Below are positions 46,201-56,496 of a stretch of 64,000 bases of DNA, in pieces. Under the pieces are notes generated by a model. That model had not been told where the DNA came from. It saw nothing but the letters and a program-made list of their open reading frames with translations, and searched no databases. The translations under genes and the position numbers were made by a program. The stretch is from positions 54,061-118,060 of the IMG/VR virus record IMGVR_UViG_3300037280_000066. One strand, written 5' to 3'. Source of the DNA: a virus. Lineage: Duplodnaviria > Heunggongvirae > Uroviricota > Caudoviricetes. The first letter of the stretch is position 1; each line of letters opens with the position of its first letter.

Positions 46201-49200
46201 ATTATCATCAAGTGCCTTACCTTGTAACTCTATGTTTTTCTTTTGTCTGTCGTATTTTGTCTTTTCAGCATCAGACATATAGAATAGTTCTTCAACTTGG
46301 ATTTGAACTTTAAGTTTTTGATTTAAACCAAAATCCTTTTGCTCTCCTGCTCTTGATGTTCTTAATTTTTCAGCTTGTTGGTGAAGTCTATCTTTCTCTT
46401 CAACGCTTGTAGCCTTATTCCATGCTACTCCAAGTTCATCAATTTGTCTTGTATAATCAAGAATAAGAGATTGTTGATTTTCTAATTCCATAGTAATAAT
46501 ATTGATTCTTTCTCCAAAATCAGTATCAGCTATACCTTCGTAAGCAGACTTAAGTTTTTCTAAAGAATGAATAGTATTAGCAATACCTGCTTCTTGCACC
46601 TTGAATAATTCATCAACTTCTGCTTTTTCAATATCTTTTTGTTTAGAAATTATATCCCCTTCAAGATTATCTTTTGCAATCAAATCTTTATGGAATGCAG
46701 TTCTTAACTGAATATACTTTGAAGCAAAACTTTTGAAATTATCAAGTTCAGCAATTTGAGAATCCCTTGCATCACCTGATTTCATATCATTGATTGTAGC
46801 TACTTTTTCATCAACAATTTTGTCATACTGATTACTATCATATATGCCTTTATCATCAAACTTCAATCCATATGTACTCTCAAGTTTAACTCTTTCTTTT
46901 CTTGCTAGTTCTCCTTCTTCCCAAGCTAGATTATTAACAGCTTGTTTCTTTTGCTTTAATAATTCTATTTCTTCTTGTAAGAGTTTAATACGTTGTGTGA
47001 AACTAACAACTTTCTTTTGTTCTGCAAGGTTTTTATCTATTGCATCTGTAACTTCATCAATAGCCTGTTTATAAGCGAATAAATCATCCTTTTCGTTCTT
47101 GTATTTTTCAGGATTCTTATCAGCAGGTTGAGCCTTTGTTTTAGGCTCAAAATCATCTCCTTGATATGGTCTAATATTATCAGTAAACTTACCAAGAGCA
47201 TTGATTTTATTAACTTCGTCATTGTATGTTTTTACATCATCAACAAGACCTTTTAACTCAGTTTTAGCTTTTTCATTTGCACCTTTGGCATTCTCAATAG
47301 CCCCTGTAAATCTGCTTTTGATAACATCATCAAACTTAGTTGCAACATCACTTAAACCAGGAACTTTTTTCAAAACATCAGCTAACCAACCAAAATTAGC
47401 TTCATAAGATGCGAACAATCCTTCATTACTTTGGATTATCCCTTCATTCTTTTTGATAACAGTTTCTAACTCAGTTCTGTGTCCTGCTAAGTTTGCAAGA
47501 GCAATTGCTTTAGCATCTAAAGCCTGTTTCTTTTTAGCATCAAATTCTTCTTGAGATTTTTGTTTTAAAATATCAACAATATTCCCTTGGAATTTAAATG
47601 CTCCTGATGCTTCATCAACACCAGTAATAAGTTCAGGATATTTCTCAGCAATTTTTACAGTAGTATCATAATATTCCTTAGATTGATTATCTAACTTGCT
47701 TAACTTCATGGCTGATTCAGTTATTGACTTATTTGAATCTGCTATTGTAACAAGTTCTTGATTATACTCTTCCATCATTTTTATAGCATTTTCAACATTT
47801 GCATGAAAATCTATTTTAACGTCTGTAGGTAATTTAGCAAGATTATCAACACCTAATTTAAACTCTGATAATGCATCTTTATTTTTGATTGCTGATTCTC
47901 CAATTTTATAAAGACTATCTCTAAAAGAGTTAGCACTAGCTTCTAATTTACCTGAATTTAAAGCATTTGGCATAGAAGTGAAAGTTTTTAATGCTGTTTC
48001 ATATTCTTTCTTTTTATTATCTATATCTGCTTGTTTAATTTGAGGTAAAATATTATCTAGTATTGATTTTAAATTGGCTGTACCATTAGACCCTGCAAAT
48101 TCTTCTGGACTATGTTTACCAATATCTTCTAAAATAACCTTAATAAAATCTTTAGATTGCGTACTCAAAGTCCCTGCTGTTGTCTCATATCCTTTAACTA
48201 TTTCATTAGCATTGATTTGAACAAGATTCATTACTTTAGCAATATTAGCATTCAAATTTGTTTCTGCTTCTGATGTTGCTTTTGTAACTTCTGAATTTAA
48301 CTTATCTATTTCAGCTTGGTAACTTTGTCCTGCTTTTGATATTTTATATTCCTCTGAACTATCATCAAAATATCCTTGCATTTCTTTAGCATGTTGTGTT
48401 TTTGCAGTAATAGCTCCAGAATCTGAAAATTCATTATACCATATACCATCATACTTTGGAGCATCCATAATCTTTTTATTACTAGCAATATCATCACCTA
48501 AAGATTCTAACTCTTTTCCAGATGCTTGTAATAGTATTTTTTGTTTCATGTCATATTCTTTTTGAAGTTTAGTAATTCTCTTATCTATTTCACTAGAAAC
48601 ATCCTTATAAGCATTAACTTCATCAGACATACCATTCTTCAAATCAGGGAATTGTTCAATTAATTGTTTTTGAACATCTACTAACTTATTCTTTTCATCA
48701 ACATTTAATCCAACAGAACTTTGTTTATCATTTAACTCTTTATAACTATCAGCCAATTTTTGCAGTTCATCTGCTGATTTTTTCAATGTAACCATGTCAT
48801 TTTGAGTGTCTGTAATAAACTTTTGTTGTTCTTCTCTAGCATGTACCCAATGACTAATAAGGTCAGTTACAGCACCAATTATAAATGTGATAGCAACAGC
48901 CAATCCCATTGTTAGAGCCATTTCTAAAGCAACAGCACCTGCGGCGGCGGCAAGTTCAGATATTCCTAATAAATCAAAGAATCCTATCAAACCCCAACCT
49001 CTAGCTCTTGTCATAGTAAAAGCAACACCCATTTTTTCAATACCTGCTATAATAGCAGTACCAAAACTTTTACCCATACTTAATAAGCTAATTTCTTTAT
49101 TAAATAATCTCATGACAACAACAACTGCCATAATTGCTACTGGCATAATACCAACCTTGTTAATTATGAAATCAAGAACTTTAACAACAGTTGTTAAAAC

Positions 49201-51486
49201 AGATACTAAACCTTTAATACCATCAGAAGAAATAGTTGCACTAAAAACACTTTCCATAGTTGCTTTTAAAACACCCATTTTTGCAGTAATACTATCCATT
49301 CTTTTTGCATTTTCAGTTACTGCTGAACCTTGTGAGTTTAAAGCAGTTTCTGTTGCAGATGTAGCAATATCCATATTCTCCATTAAGTTAATGAATTTAC
49401 TGTAATGGTATGTTCCTGCAACAACTTGAGCTACATTATTTTGAGTTACATTACCCCATGATGCCCAATTTGTTTTTACATCTTTAAGAATATCATCAAA
49501 TGAACGAAATTGCCCAACACTATCTCTAACAGCAACTCCAAGAGATTTTAAAGTCTTCTCAGATTTACCTGCATCCTCTTCACCTTCTGGGCCTATTCTA
49601 AACATTCTTGCCATCATACTTTTGATTGCAGTTCCTGCTTCATCCCCTGAAATACCTTGTGAAGATACAATAGCTGTAGTATAACCTTCTAATTGTTGAA
49701 CACTTACACCTGCTTGTCTAGCAGCAGCACCCACCTTACCAATAGATTGTGAAAGGTCTTCTGCACTAGTTCTATAGTTATTTTGGATTTCATTCCATTG
49801 GTCTAATAAACCTTTAGCATCATTTACACCCAATTTAAATGTTATCATTGCAGTATTTAATGCTTTAGATGCTGATTCTGCTGTTAATGATGTAACATTA
49901 GATGCCATTGCAGATACTCTACCAAGTTCCATAATATCTTCTGGATTTTTATGTACTCTGGCAATTTCTGCATAAGAACGCATAATATCTGCTGATGATT
50001 TACCTAAATCTTGTGCTGTTTGTACAGCATTTTGACGTAAATTTTCCATCTGTCCACTTGTAAAATCTGTTACTTTTCCAAGTTCTACCATAGCATCATT
50101 CATATCTACAACATATCTAATACCATCTTTTAAAGTGTTAAGTGCTTGCATCCATCCAGTTGCGGCTATCATCCAGATAGGGAATGCACTCGCGGCATTT
50201 TTTAATTGTCCCATGAATCCAAGGTCTTTATTAGATGCATTACTCTCAACAGTTTCAAATCTTCTTACTGATTGAGTAGCTTCATCAACTTGTACTCTGA
50301 ATTCTTTAACCTTAGTACCATCAAACATCTTAACAGTTGCTTGATTCATTGCACCAGACATTCCACCTAATGTCTTATTAATCATTCCCAATTCTTTTAC
50401 ATCATAATTTTGTCCTGCAAAATTTTGAGCCATGTATTGAGAAATACTTGATTTCATACTATTAGAAGAAATACCTTGATAATTAAGGCTTTCTGTTCCT
50501 GTGCTATTCATCAAGTTTCTTCTATTGATTAAAGCATCTTCTTTTTGCTGTTCAGCATATCCAAGTTTAGCTTGTGCATCTAATGAAGCAATAGCCATAT
50601 TTAATCTATTGATTTCTTTAGTTGTATCACTAGTATGAACATTAAGTTTACTCATATCTTCATCTATTTTATTTACTGCTAATTGGTCTATATGAATACT
50701 ATACTTACTATCAGCCATTATTTTTAACTTATTAGACATTTTATCAAGAGCTAATTCAAGGGCTACAACTGCCTGTTGTTCTTTTTTAAAATCTTGAGTA
50801 ACATCAGTTTTAGAAGTTGAAAATACACGCTTAATAAGTTCCCCTGCTTCGTTTAACTCTTCTTTCCATGTCATTGTTTCTTTTACTGCTTGACCTAAAT
50901 CATTTGTATAAGAAACAATTACTTTATTAAATCCCCAATCTTTATTCATTTCAGATTGGATTTTAGTTATTTTATTTTCAGCAATTTCTAATGTTTCAAG
51001 AACAGATTTTTGTATACTGGCTTGATTTGCGTTCAAAACATTAGCAGGTTTCCATTCGTCAACATGTGTTTGTGTAGTTGGCTGAGTAAAAGTTTTTGAT
51101 GCAGTTTGAGATGCTTTTGCCATAGCTTCTTGTACTGTATCTTGTACTTTTTTTGTTTGTACACTTATATCTTTTGCATCAATACTTAATTTAAGAACTA
51201 ATGCTTGAGATATTTTTTCACTCAATGCTTTTATCTGGTCATTAATATATGTAACTTTATCATCTATTTTTACTTTTAATACTAAGTCTTTTAAACCTTT
51301 TCCTGTACCTGTAACATTATCTAATTGTTCATTAAAACTTTTTTTAGTTATATCAAGCTGTACATCAAGTTTAATAGCCTTAGTGATTTTAGCTTGTATT
51401 TCTCCAACTTGTCTATCTAGGTCTGCTTTACTTGTTTGTAATTGAACCTTTAGCCCTAAACCATAGTCTTTTGCCATATAATTCAC
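43225..51486 (-). CDS. tape measure protein (TP901-type core) with C-terminal cargo domain and Asn-rich insertion
   Basis: 2753 aa, [10 protein letters not shown]...YAEIAR...WNEIQNNY...GTAIKS TP901 core, TM-like hydrophobic stretch, long coiled coil. Lies upstream of Dit. Confidence 0.92.
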   Translation of the reverse strand: MNYMAKDYGLGLKVQLQTSKADLDRQVGEIQAKITKAIKLDVQLDITKKSFNEQLDNVTGTGKGLKDLVLKVKIDDKVTYINDQIKALSEKISQALVLKLSIDAKDISVQTKKVQDTVQEAMAKASQTASKTFTQPTTQTHVDEWKPANVLNANQASIQKSVLETLEIAENKITKIQSEMNKDWGFNKVIVSYTNDLGQAVKETMTWKEELNEAGELIKRVFSTSKTDVTQDFKKEQQAVVALELALDKMSNKLKIMADSKYSIHIDQLAVNKIDEDMSKLNVHTSDTTKEINRLNMAIASLDAQAKLGYAEQQKEDALINRRNLMNSTGTESLNYQGISSNSMKSSISQYMAQNFAGQNYDVKELGMINKTLGGMSGAMNQATVKMFDGTKVKEFRVQVDEATQSVRRFETVESNASNKDLGFMGQLKNAASAFPIWMIAATGWMQALNTLKDGIRYVVDMNDAMVELGKVTDFTSGQMENLRQNAVQTAQDLGKSSADIMRSYAEIARVHKNPEDIMELGRVSAMASNVTSLTAESASKALNTAMITFKLGVNDAKGLLDQWNEIQNNYRTSAEDLSQSIGKVGAAARQAGVSVQQLEGYTTAIVSSQGISGDEAGTAIKSMMARMFRIGPEGEEDAGKSEKTLKSLGVAVRDSVGQFRSFDDILKDVKTNWASWGNVTQNNVAQVVAGTYHYSKFINLMENMDIATSATETALNSQGSAVTENAKRMDSITAKMGVLKATMESVFSATISSDGIKGLVSVLTTVVKVLDFIINKVGIMPVAIMAVVVVMRLFNKEISLLSMGKSFGTAIIAGIEKMGVAFTMTRARGWGLIGFFDLLGISELAAAAGAVALEMALTMGLAVAITFIIGAVTDLISHWVHAREEQQKFITDTQNDMVTLKKSADELQKLADSYKELNDKQSSVGLNVDEKNKLVDVQKQLIEQFPDLKNGMSDEVNAYKDVSSEIDKRITKLQKEYDMKQKILLQASGKELESLGDDIASNKKIMDAPKYDGIWYNEFSDSGAITAKTQHAKEMQGYFDDSSEEYKISKAGQSYQAEIDKLNSEVTKATSEAETNLNANIAKVMNLVQINANEIVKGYETTAGTLSTQSKDFIKVILEDIGKHSPEEFAGSNGTANLKSILDNILPQIKQADIDNKKKEYETALKTFTSMPNALNSGKLEASANSFRDSLYKIGESAIKNKDALSEFKLGVDNLAKLPTDVKIDFHANVENAIKMMEEYNQELVTIADSNKSITESAMKLSKLDNQSKEYYDTTVKIAEKYPELITGVDEASGAFKFQGNIVDILKQKSQEEFDAKKKQALDAKAIALANLAGHRTELETVIKKNEGIIQSNEGLFASYEANFGWLADVLKKVPGLSDVATKFDDVIKSRFTGAIENAKGANEKAKTELKGLVDDVKTYNDEVNKINALGKFTDNIRPYQGDDFEPKTKAQPADKNPEKYKNEKDDLFAYKQAIDEVTDAIDKNLAEQKKVVSFTQRIKLLQEEIELLKQKKQAVNNLAWEEGELARKERVKLESTYGLKFDDKGIYDSNQYDKIVDEKVATINDMKSGDARDSQIAELDNFKSFASKYIQLRTAFHKDLIAKDNLEGDIISKQKDIEKAEVDELFKVQEAGIANTIHSLEKLKSAYEGIADTDFGERINIITMELENQQSLILDYTRQIDELGVAWNKATSVEEKDRLHQQAEKLRTSRAGEQKDFGLNQKLKVQIQVEELFYMSDAEKTKYDRQKKNIELQGKALDDNDFAGKEKNRQDMIVLTTAFLAKQTAELNKVNAVTDKTITSTQEYRDKQDALKDSVAGTSEELKAQMKELNDTKLQDITDTETAIQDIIKKGATKEKEILDKKLKDYNDYVDEKLKAFDRENATEDYGKDLKVQTDEKQVIQQKLNAIMADSSFEGYQKRKELEKQMKDQDLKIDDLKTKRNRELITNNYNDQKAGLQKETDLKKTTIDEQLFDENVAAIARNAMLAKTTEEFDKAMKPVRDNLTNFTGKLEESGTKITSVQTLYTTFSRTFGDGLKLLGDKIDRDFLAKLENAKKALIDINTLSGGSLIPNAQGTPAVTAPPSPAQTAINGANQAVNNTISNQKDVPIYSDSENAKQRVGTLQKQYMDLQKNLDAGYYDSDATWKKQIQDMQKSYHQEAEDLRAKYPDITSGDYQGYMRTSTTGVKETTTASSTVKTVTPSVAPTPAPKQPYYGAGNIDLNSRPVVKNSDGSFSTVRSMSFEDEDSGMEILVPTVSDDGRIMTDKEARDTYYKTGKYLGKFKTYQEADTYAQKLHEDQEAQYTPQSLGSYAKGIENGAVTKTGLYNLHGTEQEPEYVLNSGQMTKLVKNLASDHKENIPDKSQVSNVKNDYTTNHNNNTNNNDYATNHNSNTHNNDYTTHNNTNNNKNDYNTKHNNATNEFVDNHNNSSVKNDLVNNHNKNDITNGYISNHSNTKNDLTNNNTQSKNDIMHNHNIDTDISNNVDHNVSNKNDVNHINHTNQKVNDVNHNVNNTNQNNINNNHDVSNNKNDINNVVNDKNVNKTNINNHSINDVNSNVNNHNGNSNHSVNDTNTNINNHNISDANTNVKNNHKINNSSNSNIGGNSINNMNNDNTSNISDATNLNDNTSNISDIRNATNSNHNHNTSDVSNAMNSNHNINDISNATNTFNQSKYALSSNQMTNFITNLATKFVPNFSVKSANTPATGNYGDINVEINIDGNADASTVNSLKKETGNIAGEIKKLLNKGGIYR
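43470..44390 (-). repeat. Asn/His-rich low-complexity coding repeat inside the TMP
   Basis: About 300 aa of degenerate NNHN/NDxxN/SNISD units, ATT/ATC-rich on the + strand. Confidence 0.9.
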
Positions 51487-51540
51487 CCCTTTTTTATTTG
51501 TTAAAATAATGGAAGAGTGAATCTACTCATATCACTCCCT

Positions 51541-52605
51541 TTAATTCTTTTCTTCTTCCTTTTTATCTGCTTTAAATATATTGTTCTTTTCTTCATCAAA
51601 ATTTCTTAAATCATAAAAATTTGATGTAGTACTTGTGTCATTATGTTGTGCTACATATTTAGATACAACCTTCAAATCATTACCCTTGTCTAGTAAATAA
51701 GTAATGCATGAAGCTTTAAATAAATGTGGGTTAATTCTTCTTCCCAACATTGGAGAAAGAATATCATGACAAAAATCATTTGCCCATGAGGTAGATATTG
51801 CTTTGATTTTACCACCATATTTTACTGTAAATATGTAATCACTTTCATGTCCACGTTTTTCTACCCATAATTTCATATATCTTAAAGCATCCATATTAAT
51901 CATGTACTTCAATGGTTTCCCATCTACACTCTTACCTTTACCTCTTACAATATGACTAAGTACATAGTTTTGACCTTCAATAATAGGATAACTTAATATC
52001 TCATTCTTAAATTGAATGATTTCAGCCCTTCTACTTCCTACATTAAAAGCAGTGGCTACCCATGCCAAACCTAAATAATCTTGTTTCTTTTCTAAAGCAG
52101 TTATTAAAATTTCATACTCTGTATGTGTAATTGCTATCTTGTTATATACTTGATTCTTTGCAATTGAGGGCATACCTCTTGTAAAATTTCTAAATCCTTT
52201 ATATTCAGGCACATCATCCATAACAACATTTTCAATATAATTACAAAATGCAGAAACTGCTGACTTTCTTAATCCTATTGCACTTGAAGATAAACCTCTC
52301 TCTTGCATATAACTCATATATTTCATAAAGTCACGCTTTGTTACAAGATAAAATACTTTGTCTCTAAAGTTCTCATATGTGTAATAAAAGAACTGTTTTA
52401 AACAAGTTGTATATTGTTCTCTTGTTCTTGGACTCAATTGCTTATTTACTGATAAATATTCTTCTACCAACTCCCTATTCTCAGAATTAATCCTCTTCCA
52501 CATTTCATCTGTAATAGGCTGTACTTTATCAGCAGGTTCTCTCAACTTATTCTTATTTATGATTTTAACTGCCTTTTCCCATTTTTCTTCTACTTCTTCA
52601 CTCAC
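51541..52605 (-). CDS. tyrosine recombinase (XerC/D-like) inside the tail operon
   Basis: SAM-like N-domain (LSPRTREQY...LKQFF), GSRRAE, GKG, NPHLFK, QH...TT..FY. Confidence 0.88.
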   Translation of the reverse strand: MSEEVEEKWEKAVKIINKNKLREPADKVQPITDEMWKRINSENRELVEEYLSVNKQLSPRTREQYTTCLKQFFYYTYENFRDKVFYLVTKRDFMKYMSYMQERGLSSSAIGLRKSAVSAFCNYIENVVMDDVPEYKGFRNFTRGMPSIAKNQVYNKIAITHTEYEILITALEKKQDYLGLAWVATAFNVGSRRAEIIQFKNEILSYPIIEGQNYVLSHIVRGKGKSVDGKPLKYMINMDALRYMKLWVEKRGHESDYIFTVKYGGKIKAISTSWANDFCHDILSPMLGRRINPHLFKASCITYLLDKGNDLKVVSKYVAQHNDTSTTSNFYDLRNFDEEKNNIFKADKKEEEKN

Positions 52606-52622
52606 TCTAATACAACCCCTTC

Positions 52623-53165
52623 TTATTTAAAGTTAAAATTTATTCCCATTGCTGTAATTTTGCTTTCAAATTCATCGAATCCATAATACTCAAATTTCTT
52701 TCTTAATGTTGTTTTAATCAAATTGTCATTATTGAACATTTGCAATAAAAACTGCATAAAATTAATGGCACTACCATGGGCTAATCCTCCATGTCCCAAA
52801 TCCATCCATAAAGGAATCCACTTTGTTACATCATCTTTAAAGACAGATTCATGTTTGGGCCATCCCCATACATACTTTCCATCCACATTATACTTATCTC
52901 TAGGATGTTTCATTATCTCATTGTAATCTATATATATCTTAAATCCATATTCTCTAGCACTACTCTTATATAGCTTATCTAATTTAATGCTTCTTTTGAA
53001 ATCTCCTGTTCTTTGATAGTAAGGAGATTCAGGTTTATCATATATTTTTTCTTGTACAAAATTTTGAACTTCTTTTAATACAAAATCTCCAACTTCTACT
53101 ATGGCTTTTTTCCCATTTTGATTAATGAATTCTTCAATTTCCTCATATGTCTCAAATATTCTCAT
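52623..53165 (-). CDS. putative tail-completion protein (HK97 gp10-like)
   Basis: YYQRTGDFKRSI motif and tail operon position. Confidence 0.5.
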   Translation of the reverse strand: MRIFETYEEIEEFINQNGKKAIVEVGDFVLKEVQNFVQEKIYDKPESPYYQRTGDFKRSIKLDKLYKSSAREYGFKIYIDYNEIMKHPRDKYNVDGKYVWGWPKHESVFKDDVTKWIPLWMDLGHGGLAHGSAINFMQFLLQMFNNDNLIKTTLRKKFEYYGFDEFESKITAMGINFNFK

Positions 53166-53201
53166 AAATTACCTCCTTAAACAAAAAAAGAAATAGCAGG
53201 A

Positions 53202-53867
53202 TTAAAACCCTGCTATTTTAATTTCTTTACCTTTTTTACCTATAGCTTTTGGCTTCATTTCTGGAATAGGTTGAGATTCTTGAACTTTTATTTCTTCTTG
53301 AATAACTTCCTCACTTACTGGTGTTCCCTCACTATTAGCATATTCCATCATTTGTTGTAACATACCTTGTTTCTTAGGGTCAAAATCTTTCATAGATTTT
53401 ACTAATGCTTTTACCCATTTTTCAATCTTTCCAGTTTCAGGAATCTTTGTAATTAGTTTTGTGATTCCACTATTAACAATACCTTCCATACTATTGCATA
53501 CTTTTAATTCTTGAGCAAGTGAATCTTCTACCATTTCTTTTAGGTCTTTTAAATCTTCACTATCTATTCTACTCATTATGTATCCAACAACACCTTTTTC
53601 TTTCAGGTAATCATATTGTTCACAGATATCATCTTGGTTAAACTCTACTCCTGCATAATCTCTTAATATATATACATCAAAACATAATCTCTTTTGAGGG
53701 AAATCTATAATCTTCATGTTACTTTCGTTTTCAGCGATACAACTTACAATCATGTCATTTACAAAAATTGCCTTTAATGTAAATGGTAAATATTGTTTAA
53801 TTTCAAATTTTTCTACTGTTCCTATTTCTTCTATGCTTGCCTTAATTTCATTAAAATTCATAATCAT
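53202..53867 (-). CDS. putative tail assembly chaperone
   Basis: Acidic helical protein with KQYLPF..K, upstream of the TMP. Call is mainly positional. Confidence 0.45.
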   Translation of the reverse strand: MIMNFNEIKASIEEIGTVEKFEIKQYLPFTLKAIFVNDMIVSCIAENESNMKIIDFPQKRLCFDVYILRDYAGVEFNQDDICEQYDYLKEKGVVGYIMSRIDSEDLKDLKEMVEDSLAQELKVCNSMEGIVNSGITKLITKIPETGKIEKWVKALVKSMKDFDPKKQGMLQQMMEYANSEGTPVSEEVIQEEIKVQESQPIPEMKPKAIGKKGKEIKIAGF

Positions 53868-53961
53868 TCTCTCCTTTTATTCTGTAGGTCTACCTACTTA
53901 AATTTATTATTTGGGTTAATATGGGACAAAAAAATGCCCCATATCATTGTCTCTCATTCTT

Positions 53962-56145
53962 TTAACTTAATGCTGATGTACCACACCATACTGCACCAGT
54001 TGTTGTTAAGTCATTATTGTAAATTCTTGCCCTTGCATATCTATGAACCATTGGTGATGTAAGATTTGCAATATTTACTATAGGAGATTTTGCAGTTCCT
54101 CCTGAACTTGATACAGCACTTCCTGCTTGTGTATAAGTAAATGTTGTACCTGATGCCACTGCTGTTATTACATATGAACCAGTTGCAAAGTTTACACTAT
54201 CTGTTACACCTGAAATATATACAGTCATACCAACTTGTAAATTATGAGCTACAGCCGTAGTAACTGTTACAACAGTTGTTGCTCTTGAAATTGCACTAAT
54301 ATCAGTTATTGTTTCTTGAGTTGTAGTTGTATATGTTCTGACAGTTTCAGCATACAATATATTGTCAGCAGATTGTTCAATTGCTAAAATACCTTGTTTA
54401 TCCATTCTGCATGTTGCTACAAATGTACTTCTAGCATATGAAGTTCCTTGAACGTCAATAGCACCAGTAGTATTATTTTTACCACTAGCAATATTTGTTG
54501 TAAACAATGAACCCTGAGTTGTAATTGCTGTATTGTTTGCAGTTACATATCCTGTCATAGTAGTCATAGGTGGAGCATCATTTGAAATAGTTAATATCCC
54601 TGCTACTGTACCACTTGTATATGTAAATGATATTTTCATTAGTTTAAATCCTAATCCAACAGCATATAAACCTGTAGTGCTTGCACTAGACAATGAACCA
54701 TTATTACCAGTTAAATTAATAAAATTTAAATTTATCCAGTTTACTCCATCATTTGAACCTTTTATGAAAACATTTCCTGCCCATACACCAGATAATTGAA
54801 CTGTAGCATATCTATAACCAGAAACATCATAAGCAACAAGCATATCTGCACTTGAACTTAAACTTGCTAATGGAATATTCACACAAGGCTGTGGAGCTAC
54901 TGAAAAATTTAATCCAGAAAATCCTGCTTGTATTTGTAATGCATCTGCATTATTAATAAATATATTATCTATATCTATAGTGGAAGAAGATGCAGGAACT
55001 GATGCTCCATTAATCCAACCACACCATAAATCCATATATGCATAAGGACTTGGAATATGATTTCTATGTGTTGCAACTAAAACTTCATTTATATAGAATG
55101 CACAATATTCCTGTGCTAATTCAACTCTATATCTATGCATACTAGCTGTTGTTAAACCTGATGGAATAGTTACTGTAGTTTGTTCAGTATCTACTAATGG
55201 ATTTGCATAAGAAGTTTCACACATAACTACTGTATTTGCTGATGCACCATCAAATCTAAACCATGCTCTTGCCTGTGGAACACTAGGGTCATCTGACATA
55301 CCCATATAACATGTTTGATTTGCTATTCTTTGAGTTATAGATGCTTGTGCCATCATAATCATTGGGCCATAATCTACAGTTCTTTGAATAGAGGTTTTAG
55401 CATTTGCAGTTGTACCAGATGCTATAGAAACCTTACTATTTGCTACAGTTATACCTCCACCTGTTCCAGTAGAAGGTTTTAATTTTGTTACAGTTGATGT
55501 TCCTGTACCTCCAACACCAGTATATGCTGTATCTAATTCAACTTCTGTATCAGAAATAACTCCTGCTACTTGACCCCAAGCAGTTTCAGCATCTGTATTT
55601 AATTTTAAGAAATCTCCTAATTGAATAATATTAGAACCTGTAAATCCTGTTCCAGTTACAGTTATACTTCCATTAGTAAATGTTGCAGTTCCTATACTTT
55701 TACCTAAAATTATACCTGTGAATCCATCTCTAAATCCACCTTCATCAGTAGTAATAGCCCCTCTTGTTGCAAGGTTTCCATCACTATCAATTGTTACATT
55801 TCCTTTTTCATTTACACCTAAATTTTGAGTACTAATTCCTGGTTCTGGAACGAATCCACCCCTTGATATAGCTAGATTTTCAGCTAAAATAGAACCATCA
55901 ACATCTATGGCTAATCTATCTTCTGATGTTGCATTTTTTATTTCAACAGCACCAATTTGAATATCTGATACTTGAACTGTTGTATCTGTATTTAAAGTAT
56001 ATGGTGTCCATAATCCAGAATGATATATTTCTCTTGTTTCTGTATCTGTATAATAAATAATTGCACCATCTGTAACTATACTAGACTTATCATCTACTGA
56101 TAAACCAATAAATTCATTATTTTTTGGAATAAACTTTATAGACAA
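53962..56145 (-). CDS. virion fibre/appendage protein, paralog 2
   Basis: RBS AGGAGG then TTG gives MSIKFIPK..., matching MAIKFVPK of 56497..58974. Thr/Ser/Gly-rich, TTAVAHNLQVG beta-module. Confidence 0.6.
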   Translation of the reverse strand: MSIKFIPKNNEFIGLSVDDKSSIVTDGAIIYYTDTETREIYHSGLWTPYTLNTDTTVQVSDIQIGAVEIKNATSEDRLAIDVDGSILAENLAISRGGFVPEPGISTQNLGVNEKGNVTIDSDGNLATRGAITTDEGGFRDGFTGIILGKSIGTATFTNGSITVTGTGFTGSNIIQLGDFLKLNTDAETAWGQVAGVISDTEVELDTAYTGVGGTGTSTVTKLKPSTGTGGGITVANSKVSIASGTTANAKTSIQRTVDYGPMIMMAQASITQRIANQTCYMGMSDDPSVPQARAWFRFDGASANTVVMCETSYANPLVDTEQTTVTIPSGLTTASMHRYRVELAQEYCAFYINEVLVATHRNHIPSPYAYMDLWCGWINGASVPASSSTIDIDNIFINNADALQIQAGFSGLNFSVAPQPCVNIPLASLSSSADMLVAYDVSGYRYATVQLSGVWAGNVFIKGSNDGVNWINLNFINLTGNNGSLSSASTTGLYAVGLGFKLMKISFTYTSGTVAGILTISNDAPPMTTMTGYVTANNTAITTQGSLFTTNIASGKNNTTGAIDVQGTSYARSTFVATCRMDKQGILAIEQSADNILYAETVRTYTTTTQETITDISAISRATTVVTVTTAVAHNLQVGMTVYISGVTDSVNFATGSYVITAVASGTTFTYTQAGSAVSSSGGTAKSPIVNIANLTSPMVHRYARARIYNNDLTTTGAVWCGTSALS

Positions 56146-56213
56146 ATTTATCACCCTCCTTCCTTTTATGTTTTGCTACTGCAACATTTTACAGTTGCAG
56201 TAGACTTTTATTA

Positions 56214-56474
56214 TTATTGTATTTCATCTAAATTCAAATCATAAAACTTTCCAATTTCAATTGATTTATTACCTGATGTGAAAGATGTCATTAATTTTGA
56301 AACAAAATCTACTTCTCTTACTTCATCATAATAAGTTGCTTCAACAATTCCATTTACTTGTACTGAATAAGACCCATTTCCATAGTTCAAAGAGTCTGTA
56401 CATAGAAGAAAGAAATGTAAACAATAATATCCACCTTGGTCTGATATTTCAGTACATTGCATTGTTGTAATCAT
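56214..56474 (-). CDS. hypothetical protein (86 aa), possible fibre chaperone
   Basis: RBS AGGAGG, between the two fibre paralogs. Confidence 0.55.
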   Translation of the reverse strand: MITTMQCTEISDQGGYYCLHFFLLCTDSLNYGNGSYSVQVNGIVEATYYDEVREVDFVSKLMTSFTSGNKSIEIGKFYDLNLDEIQ

Positions 56475-56496
56475 ATTGTTATCCTCCTAATTTAGA

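Noticed and set aside
51541-52605. Calling the recombinase the prophage integrase with an att site
   Set aside because: No host-phage junction, att-like repeat or repressor module in the window, and the position is within the tail operon.
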